In this document: positions 38,935 through 48,286 of the stretch, one piece after another | Position numbering within the stretch: the stretch's first letter is position 1 | Layout of the letters: each line of letters starts with the position of its first letter | DNA from: Candidatus Versatilivorator sp. | GTDB taxonomy: Bacteria > Acidobacteriota > Terriglobia > Versatilivoradales > Versatilivoraceae | Reading direction: 5' to 3' | DNA: 64,000 bases | Assembly (NCBI GenBank): GCA_965207735.1 | Contig: OZ242296.1 | Span: forward strand, 3,456,001 to 3,520,000 | The notes under the pieces: model-generated | What the model was told of the DNA's origin: nothing | Database searches by the model: none | The model's input: the letters and a program-made list of their open reading frames with translations, nothing else | Position numbers and translations under genes: made by a program

Positions 38935-40944
38935 TTGGCGAAGAAACCGAATAGAGCGAAACGGAAACCCCGTGCGGGTACCTCGCCCTCCGGGCCACGA
39001 TTCTCCTTCGGTGGCTCGCGCCTGTGGGTTCCGCTTTTGCTGTTTGTGGTGGTGGTCGGCGTCTACCTGCCGTCGGTGGACCATGGGTTTCTCTATGACG
39101 ACTACGAGGTGATTCTCTCCAACGCTCCTTTGCGCTCGGTTCAGGATCTTGGGCGCATTCTGACGGAGAGGCACTTCCTCAGCCTGCCCTATTACCGTCC
39201 GGTGGTACGCTCCTCGCTGCTGCTGCAAAGAAGCCTCCACGGAGACGAGCCCGGCCCCTTTCACCTCTTCAACGCCTGCGTGGCCGGACTGATCGCCATC
39301 ATTGCCTACGCCCTGCTGAGGCTGCCGGTCTTCGGCTTGCGGCCTCGCTGGGCATGGCTGACCGCCGCCGTCTTTGCCCTGCACCCGGTGGCTTCCTCCT
39401 GCGTCTACCCCATCGCCTCGGGACGCGAGACCCTGCTGCCGGCCCTGTTCGTCCTGCTGGCCCTCTACTGCTTCCTCAGGCCCGGGCCATGGTGGCGGGT
39501 GGGCGCCTCCGTCTCGTTCGCTCTGGCCCTGTTCGGCAAGGAGCAGGCGGTGGTCACCCTGGCGGTCTTCGTGCTGGCCGACGCTCTGGGCCTGACCTCG
39601 GCGGCGCCCGGCCGCAGCCTCCGCCGCTGGGTGGTCCGCTACTGGCCGGAGGCCGCTATCGGCGCCCTCTACTTCTCCATTCGCCACTTCCTGTTTGCAG
39701 GCGGGGAGTATCGCCTGGGAGACCTGGGGCAGTTCGCTCTTTCCTACCTCTACGCGCTGCAGGTCGTGACCGTCCCCTTCTGGGAGATGGTCTACGAGCC
39801 TCCGGCCCGGGTCTGGTTCAGCCCCTGGCGCCTGGCCGTCGCGCTGGCCATCGCCGGATGGGCTGTGTTGTGGATCCGGCGATCCTGGCCCGCGTTTCGG
39901 GCCCTGACCTGGTTCTGGCTGGGCTGGTTCGTTCTGACCCTGCTGCCGACGGCCAATCTGCTGGACCAGGAGGCCCCATTTGCCGAGCGCTACGTGTTTC
40001 TGGCCGCGCTGGGCCCGCTCTTTCTGCTGGCCCGGGTTCTCTCCAACCGCGAGAAGGAGGGAAGGCCCAGGCTCTGGACGGGCCTGGCCGTGGCGCTGCT
40101 GCTGGTGGTGGCCGCCCAGACCGTCGCCCGGGGCGCCTATTATCGAGATTATGAGGCCTTTTGCCGGCAGTGGGTCAAGACCGACCCCCAGTCGCTCAAC
40201 GCCCACAACAGCCTGGCGGTGGTTCTGACCATGGACGGCCGGCTGCAAGAAGCCGGCGTCCACTATGAAGAGGCCCTCAAAATCGCGCCGGACAGCGCTC
40301 AGGCTCGCAGCAACCTGGCCAACCTGCGCCTGCAGCAGGGGAGGCTTCAGGAAGCCCATGGCCTCCTGCAGGAAGCGTTGCGCCTGGACCCCGACTCCTT
40401 CGCCACCCACAACGCCCTGGGCGCCATGCTGCTGGGACAGGGCAGAATCGAGCAGGCCATTCCCCACTTCGCGCGGGCCATCAGCCTGAACTCGGAGAAC
40501 CAGCAGGGGCACGCCAACCTGGCCAACGCGCTGGCGCACCAGGGCAACACCCGGCAAGCCGTCCACCACTACCGCGAGGCCCTTCGCATCCATCCGGGCC
40601 TGGTCCACGTGGCCAACCGCCTGGCCTGGATCCTGGCCACCCATCCCGACCCGGCGCTACGGTCCGGCGCCGAGGCGGTCGATCTGGCCGAGAGCTTCTG
40701 CCGGCCGCCCAACGACGCCAACCCCATGTTCCTGGACACCCTGGCGGCAGCTTACGCCGAGACAGGACGGTTTCCCCAAGCACTGGAGACGGCCACGCGG
40801 GCCGCATCCCTGGCTTCTTCCATGGGTCAGCCTGAGCTGGCGGACCAGATCCGGCAGAGATTGGCTGCTTACCGGGAGCGCCGCCCGGTTCGCTACTCCG
40901 AGATTCAGTGGAGGACCTCCGGCACTTCCTTGAGGCACGATTAA
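38935..40944 (+). CDS. TMTC-like multi-pass membrane protein with C-terminal TPR repeats (putative O-mannosyltransferase family)
   Basis: FLYDD, YYRPV, FALHPV, K-E, AERYVF motifs followed by TPR repeats. Confidence 0.85.
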   Translation: MAKKPNRAKRKPRAGTSPSGPRFSFGGSRLWVPLLLFVVVVGVYLPSVDHGFLYDDYEVILSNAPLRSVQDLGRILTERHFLSLPYYRPVVRSSLLLQRSLHGDEPGPFHLFNACVAGLIAIIAYALLRLPVFGLRPRWAWLTAAVFALHPVASSCVYPIASGRETLLPALFVLLALYCFLRPGPWWRVGASVSFALALFGKEQAVVTLAVFVLADALGLTSAAPGRSLRRWVVRYWPEAAIGALYFSIRHFLFAGGEYRLGDLGQFALSYLYALQVVTVPFWEMVYEPPARVWFSPWRLAVALAIAGWAVLWIRRSWPAFRALTWFWLGWFVLTLLPTANLLDQEAPFAERYVFLAALGPLFLLARVLSNREKEGRPRLWTGLAVALLLVVAAQTVARGAYYRDYEAFCRQWVKTDPQSLNAHNSLAVVLTMDGRLQEAGVHYEEALKIAPDSAQARSNLANLRLQQGRLQEAHGLLQEALRLDPDSFATHNALGAMLLGQGRIEQAIPHFARAISLNSENQQGHANLANALAHQGNTRQAVHHYREALRIHPGLVHVANRLAWILATHPDPALRSGAEAVDLAESFCRPPNDANPMFLDTLAAAYAETGRFPQALETATRAASLASSMGQPELADQIRQRLAAYRERRPVRYSEIQWRTSGTSLRHD

Positions 40945-41040
40945 CCGTCAAGCACCGCCGCCCTATTCCCGATTCGTGGTAACCTTAGCCGCCCCTGCCG
41001 AGCTTGGGGATTCACGACCACGAAGAGGCCCCCAGATTCC

Positions 41041-41721
41041 ATGAAACATTCCGTTGCGTTCCTTCTCGATGCCGACAACACCTTGCTGGACAACGACCGC
41101 ATCCTGGCGGATCTCGTGGGCCACATCGAGCAGACGGTAGGCCACCAGGGGAAGCAGCGCTATTGGGCCATCTTCGAGGATTTGCGGGACGAGCTGGGAT
41201 ACCACGACTACCTGGGAGCCTTGCAGGGCTATCGCAATCGATATCCGCACGAGCCGCGCCTGATGTCGATTGCCTCCTTCATGCTCAACTATCCCTTCGC
41301 CGATCGTGTCTATCCGCAGTCGCTGGAGGTGGTGCGCCATCTCCAGCAATGGGGCGCGGTGGCGATCCTCACCGACGGCGACATGGTGTTCCAGCCTCGC
41401 AAGATGGAGCAGTCCGGCTTGGCCGAGGCCGCCGGCGGCAACGTGCTGATCTACGTGCACAAGGAGGAGGAGCTGGAGGACGTGGAAAGGCGCTATCCCG
41501 CCGACCACTACGTGTTGGTAGACGACAAGCTGCGGATCCTGACCGCCGCCAAGAAAGTGTGGGGAAGTCGCGTCACCACCGTCTTTCCCCGGCAGGGGCA
41601 CTATGCCCTGGACCCCGAGATCCTGGCTCAATTCCCCCCGGCCGACCTCAGCCTGGAAGGGGTCGGCGACCTGCTGACCTGCGAGTTGCCGGCCCTGATC
41701 CAGGCCGGACAGTCTTCCTAG
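41041..41721 (+). CDS. HAD-family hydrolase
   Basis: FLLDADNTLLDND, LTDGD, FQPRK, VDDKLRIL. Confidence 0.85.
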   Translation: MKHSVAFLLDADNTLLDNDRILADLVGHIEQTVGHQGKQRYWAIFEDLRDELGYHDYLGALQGYRNRYPHEPRLMSIASFMLNYPFADRVYPQSLEVVRHLQQWGAVAILTDGDMVFQPRKMEQSGLAEAAGGNVLIYVHKEEELEDVERRYPADHYVLVDDKLRILTAAKKVWGSRVTTVFPRQGHYALDPEILAQFPPADLSLEGVGDLLTCELPALIQAGQSS

Positions 41722-41909
41722 CCCACAGCGCCTCAAAACCTCCAGGCACTTATATCCATACCTTCAACAGGATTCCGCAGGCTCCGAGCGAATCATCGAG
41801 CTGGGATCGTGGGGAAAATGGAACGGGGCTTGCTGTTCTATACTTGTTGTGTTCCAGGTTCAGAGTTGTCACCCCTGATATCGCGAGTGACGACGCCCGG
41901 AGAGCGATC

Positions 41910-43178
41910 GTGCTGGACGAGCTGAGATGGACCTTGCGGTCGTTGGTCATCGACGCCCTGTTGATGCCGGAGTACCGGCGGAGTGGCGTGGCCTTCAACC
42001 CGCTGTCGGACAGGGCAATCCGCAATCCCTATCCCGCCTACGCCCGGCTGCGCGCCCGATCGCCGGTGCACCGCAGCCGGGTGCTGGACGGCTGGGTGTT
42101 CAGTCGCTACGCCGACGTCGAGGCCATCTTTCGAGATTACCGCCGGTTCTCCAACATGCCGACCAATCGAAGGGTGTCGAGGCGGGATGTCTACTTCATT
42201 CCGCCCCGGGCGGACTGGTCCCTGTTGTTCCTGGACCCGCCGGAGCATACGCGCCTGCGGGGACTGGTCAATCAGGCCTTCACCCCGCGGGCCGTCAACG
42301 CCCTCGAGCCCCATATCCGGCGGATCATGGTCGAACTGCTCGACGCCGTCGCTGACCCGTCCGGCTTCGACCTGATGGCGGCGGTGGCCGGTCCGTTGCC
42401 GGTGATCGTGATTGCCGAGATGCTGGGGTTGCCGCCGCAGGACCGCCTCCGATTCAAGTACTGGTCGAACCAGCGCGCGCGCATCCTCGAACCGCTCATC
42501 AGCCCGGATGAGCGAAAACGGGCCGCTGCCGCCGGCGAGGCGTTCGACGCCTACTTCATGCCCGTTATCAGAGCCCGGCGACTCCAACCGAAAGACGACA
42601 TCATCAGTGCCCTCGCAAAGGCGGAAGAGGAAGGGGATACCCTCAGCGAGCGAGAAATGCTGATCATGATGCGCATCCTGCTGGTCGCAGGCAACGAGAC
42701 CACCACCAACCTGATCGGCAACGGGATGCTGGCGCTGCTGCAGCATCCGGAGCAGTTGAAGCTCCTGCGGGAAGACGCCCGTCGGATACCGGGGGCAGTG
42801 GAAGAGTTGCTGCGCTACGACACACCGGTCCAGCTCGATATCCGCGCCGTGGTCGAGGATTGCGAGTTTCAGGGCTTTCGGATGCGCCGCGGCGATCCCG
42901 CCATCCTGGCCATCGGCGCGGCCAACCGCGACCCGGAGGTATTCGAAGACCCGGAGCGGCTGAACATCGAGCGTTCCAAGGGCAGCAACCTCTCCTTCGG
43001 CCGGGGCGTCCACCACTGCCTCGGTGCGCCCCTGGCGCGGTTGGAAGCCCGGGTCGCGCTGGAAGTGCTGCTGGAGCGCTTCAGCTCCATTCGGCTGCTG
43101 ACGGACCGTCCCGCCTTTCGCCGGGCCATCGTCCTGCGCGGGCTCGAGTCCCTCCCGGTCTCGGCCGTCCCTGCGTAG
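41910..43178 (+). CDS. Cytochrome P450
   Basis: DPPEHTRLR, AGNETT, EELLRYD, ANRDP, FGRGVHHCLG heme motif; GTG 41910 follows GGAGAG (start approximate). Confidence 0.92.
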   Translation: MLDELRWTLRSLVIDALLMPEYRRSGVAFNPLSDRAIRNPYPAYARLRARSPVHRSRVLDGWVFSRYADVEAIFRDYRRFSNMPTNRRVSRRDVYFIPPRADWSLLFLDPPEHTRLRGLVNQAFTPRAVNALEPHIRRIMVELLDAVADPSGFDLMAAVAGPLPVIVIAEMLGLPPQDRLRFKYWSNQRARILEPLISPDERKRAAAAGEAFDAYFMPVIRARRLQPKDDIISALAKAEEEGDTLSEREMLIMMRILLVAGNETTTNLIGNGMLALLQHPEQLKLLREDARRIPGAVEELLRYDTPVQLDIRAVVEDCEFQGFRMRRGDPAILAIGAANRDPEVFEDPERLNIERSKGSNLSFGRGVHHCLGAPLARLEARVALEVLLERFSSIRLLTDRPAFRRAIVLRGLESLPVSAVPA

Positions 43179-43209
43179 TTCAGTCCCTACTTACCAAGTC
43201 ATGCGAAGA

Positions 43210-43426
43210 GGCCCACCCGGGAGCGCGGGCGTCCCGCCCGCACAACACCGGCAAAGCCTCACCTATTCCCTCGACCCGGATCGACCGGCAAAGACGCCCG
43301 GGCTCTGCTTCGCCCGGGCCCATGCGGTTCCCACCGGCAGGGTGGACGGGTGCGCCATCGCAGGGAAACTGAGCGACAACCCAAGGGAGAGGATGCGGGC
43401 GGGACGCCCGCGCTCCCGGGTGGGCC
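43210..43426. mobile_element. MITE, copy 2 (inverted relative to 11874-12079)
   Basis: 32-bp TIR ggcccacccgggagcgcgggcgtcccgcccgc; interior homologous to copy 1. Confidence 0.8.
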
Positions 43427-43816
43427 GCTTTCGTTACGATTGCCTTTCAAGGGAGAGACGGCGCAACCGAACTGGCTGGATGGTTGCCTTGAATCCCGAT
43501 TTGACAATCCCTTGGTGGCCCTTCGTCGTTCTTCGTGGACTACGCTTTATTCGCTTGTTCGAAATTAAACCGCTCGTGCGACGCTGACGGCCTTGATCCA
43601 AGCCGGACAGCCTTCCTGACCCCGAAGAGTTGCAGCACCGAGAAAACGCGGCACTTGTTTCCGGGGCGAATCGGGCCCAAAATAAACATTGTCTGCTATG
43701 GGCCTTCAGTGGCCGCCAAGGGATTCTTGGAAATGTGAAGCATCGGCAGACCGCAAGAGAGGTTCGGAAGGGATGGAACCGGCGGTCTGAATAGAGGACA
43801 GAGAGGGGAATAGAGA

Positions 43817-44812
43817 ATGGACGCCGTGGATATCATCCTGCGGGTATTCCTGTGGGGCAGCGTGGTCCTGATCCCGATATTGCTCTTTTGGGCAGTGTTC
43901 GGGAGCAGGCTATCCGGCAGCGGGAAGCGGAGGCGGCCCAAGCCGCAAGCGGTACGGAGGCAGGGGTTCACTCCCCCACCGCCGAAAACCGGCAGTCCGG
44001 GTCCGGAGGTTTCGAAGAGCGCCACGGGCGGAGAGAGGGTGTCGCCCAAGCCTGATGTATCGAAACCCGTGGGCGGTCCGAAGCCCAAACCGGCGAGTGG
44101 GCGGGGATTCATTCTCCCGCCGCCGACGTTGGAAAAGCCGAGCCCGGAGGTTCCAAAAAGCGCTCCAACCGGGGAGGCTCCGTCTCCCCCACCTGCCGCG
44201 TCCGAACGCCCGGACGATCCCAAGCCCGAACCGATGAGCGGGCGGGGACTCATTCCCCAACCGCCGAGTTCCGGCAGATCGGGTCCGAAGGAATCAGAAA
44301 GCACCACGGCCGAAGAAGCGGCATCTGCAGAGCCTGACGCATCCAACCGCCTGGGTGAGCCGACGGCGCAGATGGAGTTCATCTCCAAAGTGGATTTCGA
44401 GCCGCGCCCCCTTCTCAACCAGGCGGAATACCGGATTCTCCGCATTCTGGAGAAGGTTGCCCAGGATATCCCCGGCGGCCATCGCGTCATGTCCCAAACC
44501 AGCCTGGGTCAAGTTCTGGCGCCCCAGCTTGCCTCGGCTTCGAAAGAAGCACGCGACCTTGCCTTTCGCTCCATCAACAGCAAGCGCCTGGACTTTCTGC
44601 TGATCGACGCTTACGGCATGCCCGTTCTGGCGGTGGAGTATCAGGGGCATGGACACTTTGGCGAGAGAACCTTCATGCGCGATGCCGTGAAACGGGAATC
44701 CCTCAGAAAGGCCGGCATCCGCTTGCTGGAGGTTCCGGCAGAATACAACACCGAGGACCTGGAGGGAGACATCCGCAAGGCATTGCCTTCGAACCCTGCC
44801 AGCCGACCGTAG
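43817..44812 (+). CDS. Membrane-anchored DUF2726-domain protein with Pro-rich repeat linker
   Basis: N-terminal TM helix; PLLNQAE, QTSLG, INSKRLDFLLID, AVEYQG.GH, RDAVK...AGI motifs. Confidence 0.8.
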   Translation: MDAVDIILRVFLWGSVVLIPILLFWAVFGSRLSGSGKRRRPKPQAVRRQGFTPPPPKTGSPGPEVSKSATGGERVSPKPDVSKPVGGPKPKPASGRGFILPPPTLEKPSPEVPKSAPTGEAPSPPPAASERPDDPKPEPMSGRGLIPQPPSSGRSGPKESESTTAEEAASAEPDASNRLGEPTAQMEFISKVDFEPRPLLNQAEYRILRILEKVAQDIPGGHRVMSQTSLGQVLAPQLASASKEARDLAFRSINSKRLDFLLIDAYGMPVLAVEYQGHGHFGERTFMRDAVKRESLRKAGIRLLEVPAEYNTEDLEGDIRKALPSNPASRP

Positions 44813-44940
44813 AACGTATTCCTACGATGGGATCCGCATCCAGCCGCTGGTCAATATCAGCCACAAGCAGCATGGGTTCTCGTTCCTGCTGGTCCGGGGC
44901 CGGCAACCCGGACTGAGCTACAGCATCTCCTTCTAGCCGA

Positions 44941-47900
44941 TCAGAAGCGCAGGCTGAGACCCACCTGCGCGCGCCGGGTGTCGCCGAGACCGCTGCGGAG
45001 CGTACCGTCGAAGTTGTAGAGGAGCGAGCCGACGGCGGGGTCGACGAAGTTGTCGGTGTTGGTCAGGTTGAAGATCTCGAAGATCGGTTCGATGGCGGCG
45101 GCGCCGAGCGAGAAACGCCGCGACACCCGCAGATCCCAGGAGAAGAACTCATTCTGCCTCCGCAGCGTGTTGCGCGCCAGGATGGAACCGTCGGCGCAGA
45201 TCCGGTCTGCCGGCTGGGCGGCCCTCTCGCCCCGGTTGGCGCACTGCTCGGAAACCGGTGACGGGGACAGATAGCGCACCACCTGGCTCAACTGCACCTG
45301 TCCCGGGAGGGTGGCCAGCACGTACCCGCTCACCTGATGGCGCCGGTCGCGATCCGACCAGCCGTACTCCGGCGACAGGTTGGCGGCGTGCGCGTACCGG
45401 AAGACGAACGGATCGCGCTCGTTGTCATCGTCGGAGCGATCGAACGCCAGCGTGTAGTGCGTCTCGAAGGTGATGGGCCAGCCGCCCAGGCCGCTGTGCC
45501 CGCGCAGTCCCGCGGTGAGCGCGTGATAGCGGGAGCGGGCGCTGCTCTCGGTGACGGTCAGCGCGTTGATGCCGCCGCCGTCCGGGTGCGTCCCGATCCC
45601 GAAGGGCGCCCCCAGGACCGCATCGTTGCGGTTGACGAAGCGGAAGAGGTTGTCGGTGCGGGCCTGGATGTATCCCATGCTGGCGACAACGCCGCGCCCC
45701 AGGTCGTGGTCGAGGGTGGCGCTGGACGACCAGGTGCGCGGCAACTCCAGATCGCGGTCCGCCGCATGGATGTCCGGCAGGAAGGGCGGTGACGCCGAGG
45801 TGTCGATCTGCTCGTGGATGGCAGGGACCGGACCCAGCCCCGGAGTGTTGCTGCTGCGAAAGAGGATCTGCTGGAAGGCGCCGTTGGTCGTCCGGTGCTG
45901 GGCGAATACGAGCATCGGGATGCGGGCGACGTAGGATCCGGCGTTGGCCCGCAGCACGGTGCGGCCGTTGCCAGCCAGGTCCCAGGCCAGACCCAGGCGG
46001 GGCTGAAGGTTGTCGAGGTCATCCGGAATCCGGCCATCGGACGGGAATAGCGGATCGTTCAGATAGGGAGCGAAGAAGGTGTCGGCCGGCTCGATGAACA
46101 TATCCGGGTGCCAGGCGCCGTCCCAGCGCAGCCCCAGGTCCAGGGTCACCCGTTCGTGCGGATGCCAGGTATCCTGAACGAAGAGGCCCAGCTCGTGCAT
46201 CGGGAACTGTTGGAGCCCGAGTTGCGCCGCCGGGACGCCCGGGACCGTCGCCGACTGCAGGTAGAGCAGGACCGGCCCGGCGATGGCGGAGCCGCCCGGA
46301 CACACCCCGGACAGGCTGGTCGACCCGTCCGAGCAAGTGACGTAATGGCTGCCGTGGGTGACGAAGCCGATGAAGCCCTCCACCGAATCGAACAGGTAGC
46401 GGCTGTTGGCCATCCCGATGAACTGCTGGCCGACGCGGGTCCGGTTGTACTCCACCCCGGCCTTGACCAGGTGGGTGCCGACGGCGAAGGAGAGATTGTC
46501 CACCAACTGAAACCGCGTGTCGAACGCGGGATCGATCGGCAGGAAGAAGGGCAGCCCGATGCGGAAGCCGTCGTCGAAGTCCATGGCGATGTCGGGAAAG
46601 GGCCGGCCGCCCAACTCGGCGAACTGGGGTGGGCCGGGCAGGCGCGCGCCGGGGAGCAGCGGTCCCCGGTACCCGCGCGGACGGTCCTCGCGCGCCCCCT
46701 GCAGGCGCAGCTCGTTGGAGAAGGCGTCGCTCAACAGCGAGCGCAGACTGGCGTTGACCGCATGCGAGCGATCCCCCTCGATCCCGTTGGCCGAGGCGCC
46801 CCAGGAATCGACGTCGAAGGTGCCGTTCACCTGCTCCGACCAGGTGTAGTTGTACTTGACCGAGGCCTGGTGGCGGCCGCCCAGGTTCAGATCGAACTTG
46901 GCCAGCAGCGAGCGCGCGTCGTCGGTGCGCCGGATCGGCCCGAATTCGTCGTCGAACAGTCCCGGCCAGCGTGCCTGCAGAAAGCGCTCCAGGCGCTGCA
47001 GGTTGGCCGGATTGCGGACTCGGCGGGTCGCCTGCTTGGTCTCGGCGGCCGCCTGCTGGTCGTAGGCCAGGAAGAAGAACGTCCTGTCCCGAACGAGCGG
47101 CCCGCCCACTGTCCCGCCCACCTGATTGCGGTGAAAGTCGGGCCGCCCGCCGCCGCGCGATTCCGGAAACGGGGCGGCGATCTCATCCCACTGCCCGAAG
47201 TAGTGGGCGGAGCCGGCCAGCCGGTTGGTGCCCGACTTGGTGATCACGTTGACGAAGCCGCCTGACGAGCGGCCGAACTCGGCGGTGGCGCCCTGATTCA
47301 CCACCACCAGCTCCTCGATGGCGTCCTGATTGAAGGTGAAGGCCGGACGCTGGCCGCCGCGCTGCTCGCCGAAGAACGGGTTGTTGAAATCCGCTCCGTC
47401 GACGATGAAGTTGTTGAAGATGCCGCGCTGGCCGGCGATGTTGAGGGCGTCGCCGTCCGGCCCCTGCGAGATGGACGCGCCCGGGGTGAGCAGCGTCAGC
47501 GTCATGAAGTTGCGGCCGTTGCTCGGGACCCCATCCACCACATCCTCCAGAACGCGCTGCGAGCTGGTGACGTCCGCGGTGTCGAGCGTTGGCTCCAGCT
47601 CGCTGACGACGGTGATGGTCTCGGTCGTCACGATCTTGAGCGCCACGGCCAGGTCGAGCATTTCCCCGACCCGCAGCCTGGCGCCCTGGATGCGCTCGGT
47701 GCTGAAGACGTCGGTGGCCGCCTTCACGGTCAGGTCGTAGGTCCCCGGCGGCAGCAGGGTGCGCGCAAACGTCCCGGACGACGAGGTCTCCACGGTGGTC
47801 CGGAAGTCGGTCTCCCGGTGCCGCAGGACAACCACCACCCCCTCAACCGGATCGCCGAGCGGATCACGGACCGTGCCGCGGATGGTGCCGGTGGTCGTCC

Positions 47901-48015
47901 CGGCCTGGGCGGCCACCGCGGGCGCGGTCTGGTGGAGGAGCATCGTGGCCAGCAACGCGGCGGCGATGGTGAAGGGGAGACGGCTCGGGAGGCTGATGGC
48001 GCGTGTGTTCGGCAT
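44941..48015 (-). CDS. Oar-like TonB-dependent receptor with N-terminal carboxypeptidase-regulatory-like domain
   Basis: GTIRGTVRD, GRNF, VDGAD, AEFGRSSGG.VN.ITKSGTN, FVQDTW, LGLRWD, C-terminal ..LRF; start approximate. Confidence 0.88.
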   Translation of the reverse strand: MPNTRAISLPSRLPFTIAAALLATMLLHQTAPAVAAQAGTTTGTIRGTVRDPLGDPVEGVVVVLRHRETDFRTTVETSSSGTFARTLLPPGTYDLTVKAATDVFSTERIQGARLRVGEMLDLAVALKIVTTETITVVSELEPTLDTADVTSSQRVLEDVVDGVPSNGRNFMTLTLLTPGASISQGPDGDALNIAGQRGIFNNFIVDGADFNNPFFGEQRGGQRPAFTFNQDAIEELVVVNQGATAEFGRSSGGFVNVITKSGTNRLAGSAHYFGQWDEIAAPFPESRGGGRPDFHRNQVGGTVGGPLVRDRTFFFLAYDQQAAAETKQATRRVRNPANLQRLERFLQARWPGLFDDEFGPIRRTDDARSLLAKFDLNLGGRHQASVKYNYTWSEQVNGTFDVDSWGASANGIEGDRSHAVNASLRSLLSDAFSNELRLQGAREDRPRGYRGPLLPGARLPGPPQFAELGGRPFPDIAMDFDDGFRIGLPFFLPIDPAFDTRFQLVDNLSFAVGTHLVKAGVEYNRTRVGQQFIGMANSRYLFDSVEGFIGFVTHGSHYVTCSDGSTSLSGVCPGGSAIAGPVLLYLQSATVPGVPAAQLGLQQFPMHELGLFVQDTWHPHERVTLDLGLRWDGAWHPDMFIEPADTFFAPYLNDPLFPSDGRIPDDLDNLQPRLGLAWDLAGNGRTVLRANAGSYVARIPMLVFAQHRTTNGAFQQILFRSSNTPGLGPVPAIHEQIDTSASPPFLPDIHAADRDLELPRTWSSSATLDHDLGRGVVASMGYIQARTDNLFRFVNRNDAVLGAPFGIGTHPDGGGINALTVTESSARSRYHALTAGLRGHSGLGGWPITFETHYTLAFDRSDDDNERDPFVFRYAHAANLSPEYGWSDRDRRHQVSGYVLATLPGQVQLSQVVRYLSPSPVSEQCANRGERAAQPADRICADGSILARNTLRRQNEFFSWDLRVSRRFSLGAAAIEPIFEIFNLTNTDNFVDPAVGSLLYNFDGTLRSGLGDTRRAQVGLSLRF

Positions 48016-48286
48016 GGCTTGACGCAGCGCGACAGGATTGTGACAACGCGGCCGCTTTGTCACCGAGCGGGCGCGAAATGGATTACGGACGCCTGATAGT
48101 ATACTGAACCGCGATCCGGCGCCTGCCGGAGCGATTCGTGCAGCTCAGTCGCGAACGGCCGAGCGACTCGCGGGCAGGACTCGCGGGCAGCCATCGGAGA
48201 GTTTCTTGAGGCCTTTCCAGACTGCGTCACGGTATGATGGCCGGCACCGGGTGTCAAGAGACACAGGGGACACAAGGGACTAACCG

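Noticed and set aside
41004-43178. 724-aa ORF suggesting a large N-terminal fusion to the P450
   Set aside because: The first ~300 codons are an alternative frame over the HAD gene and the intergenic gap; P450-like sequence and an RBS begin near 41910.
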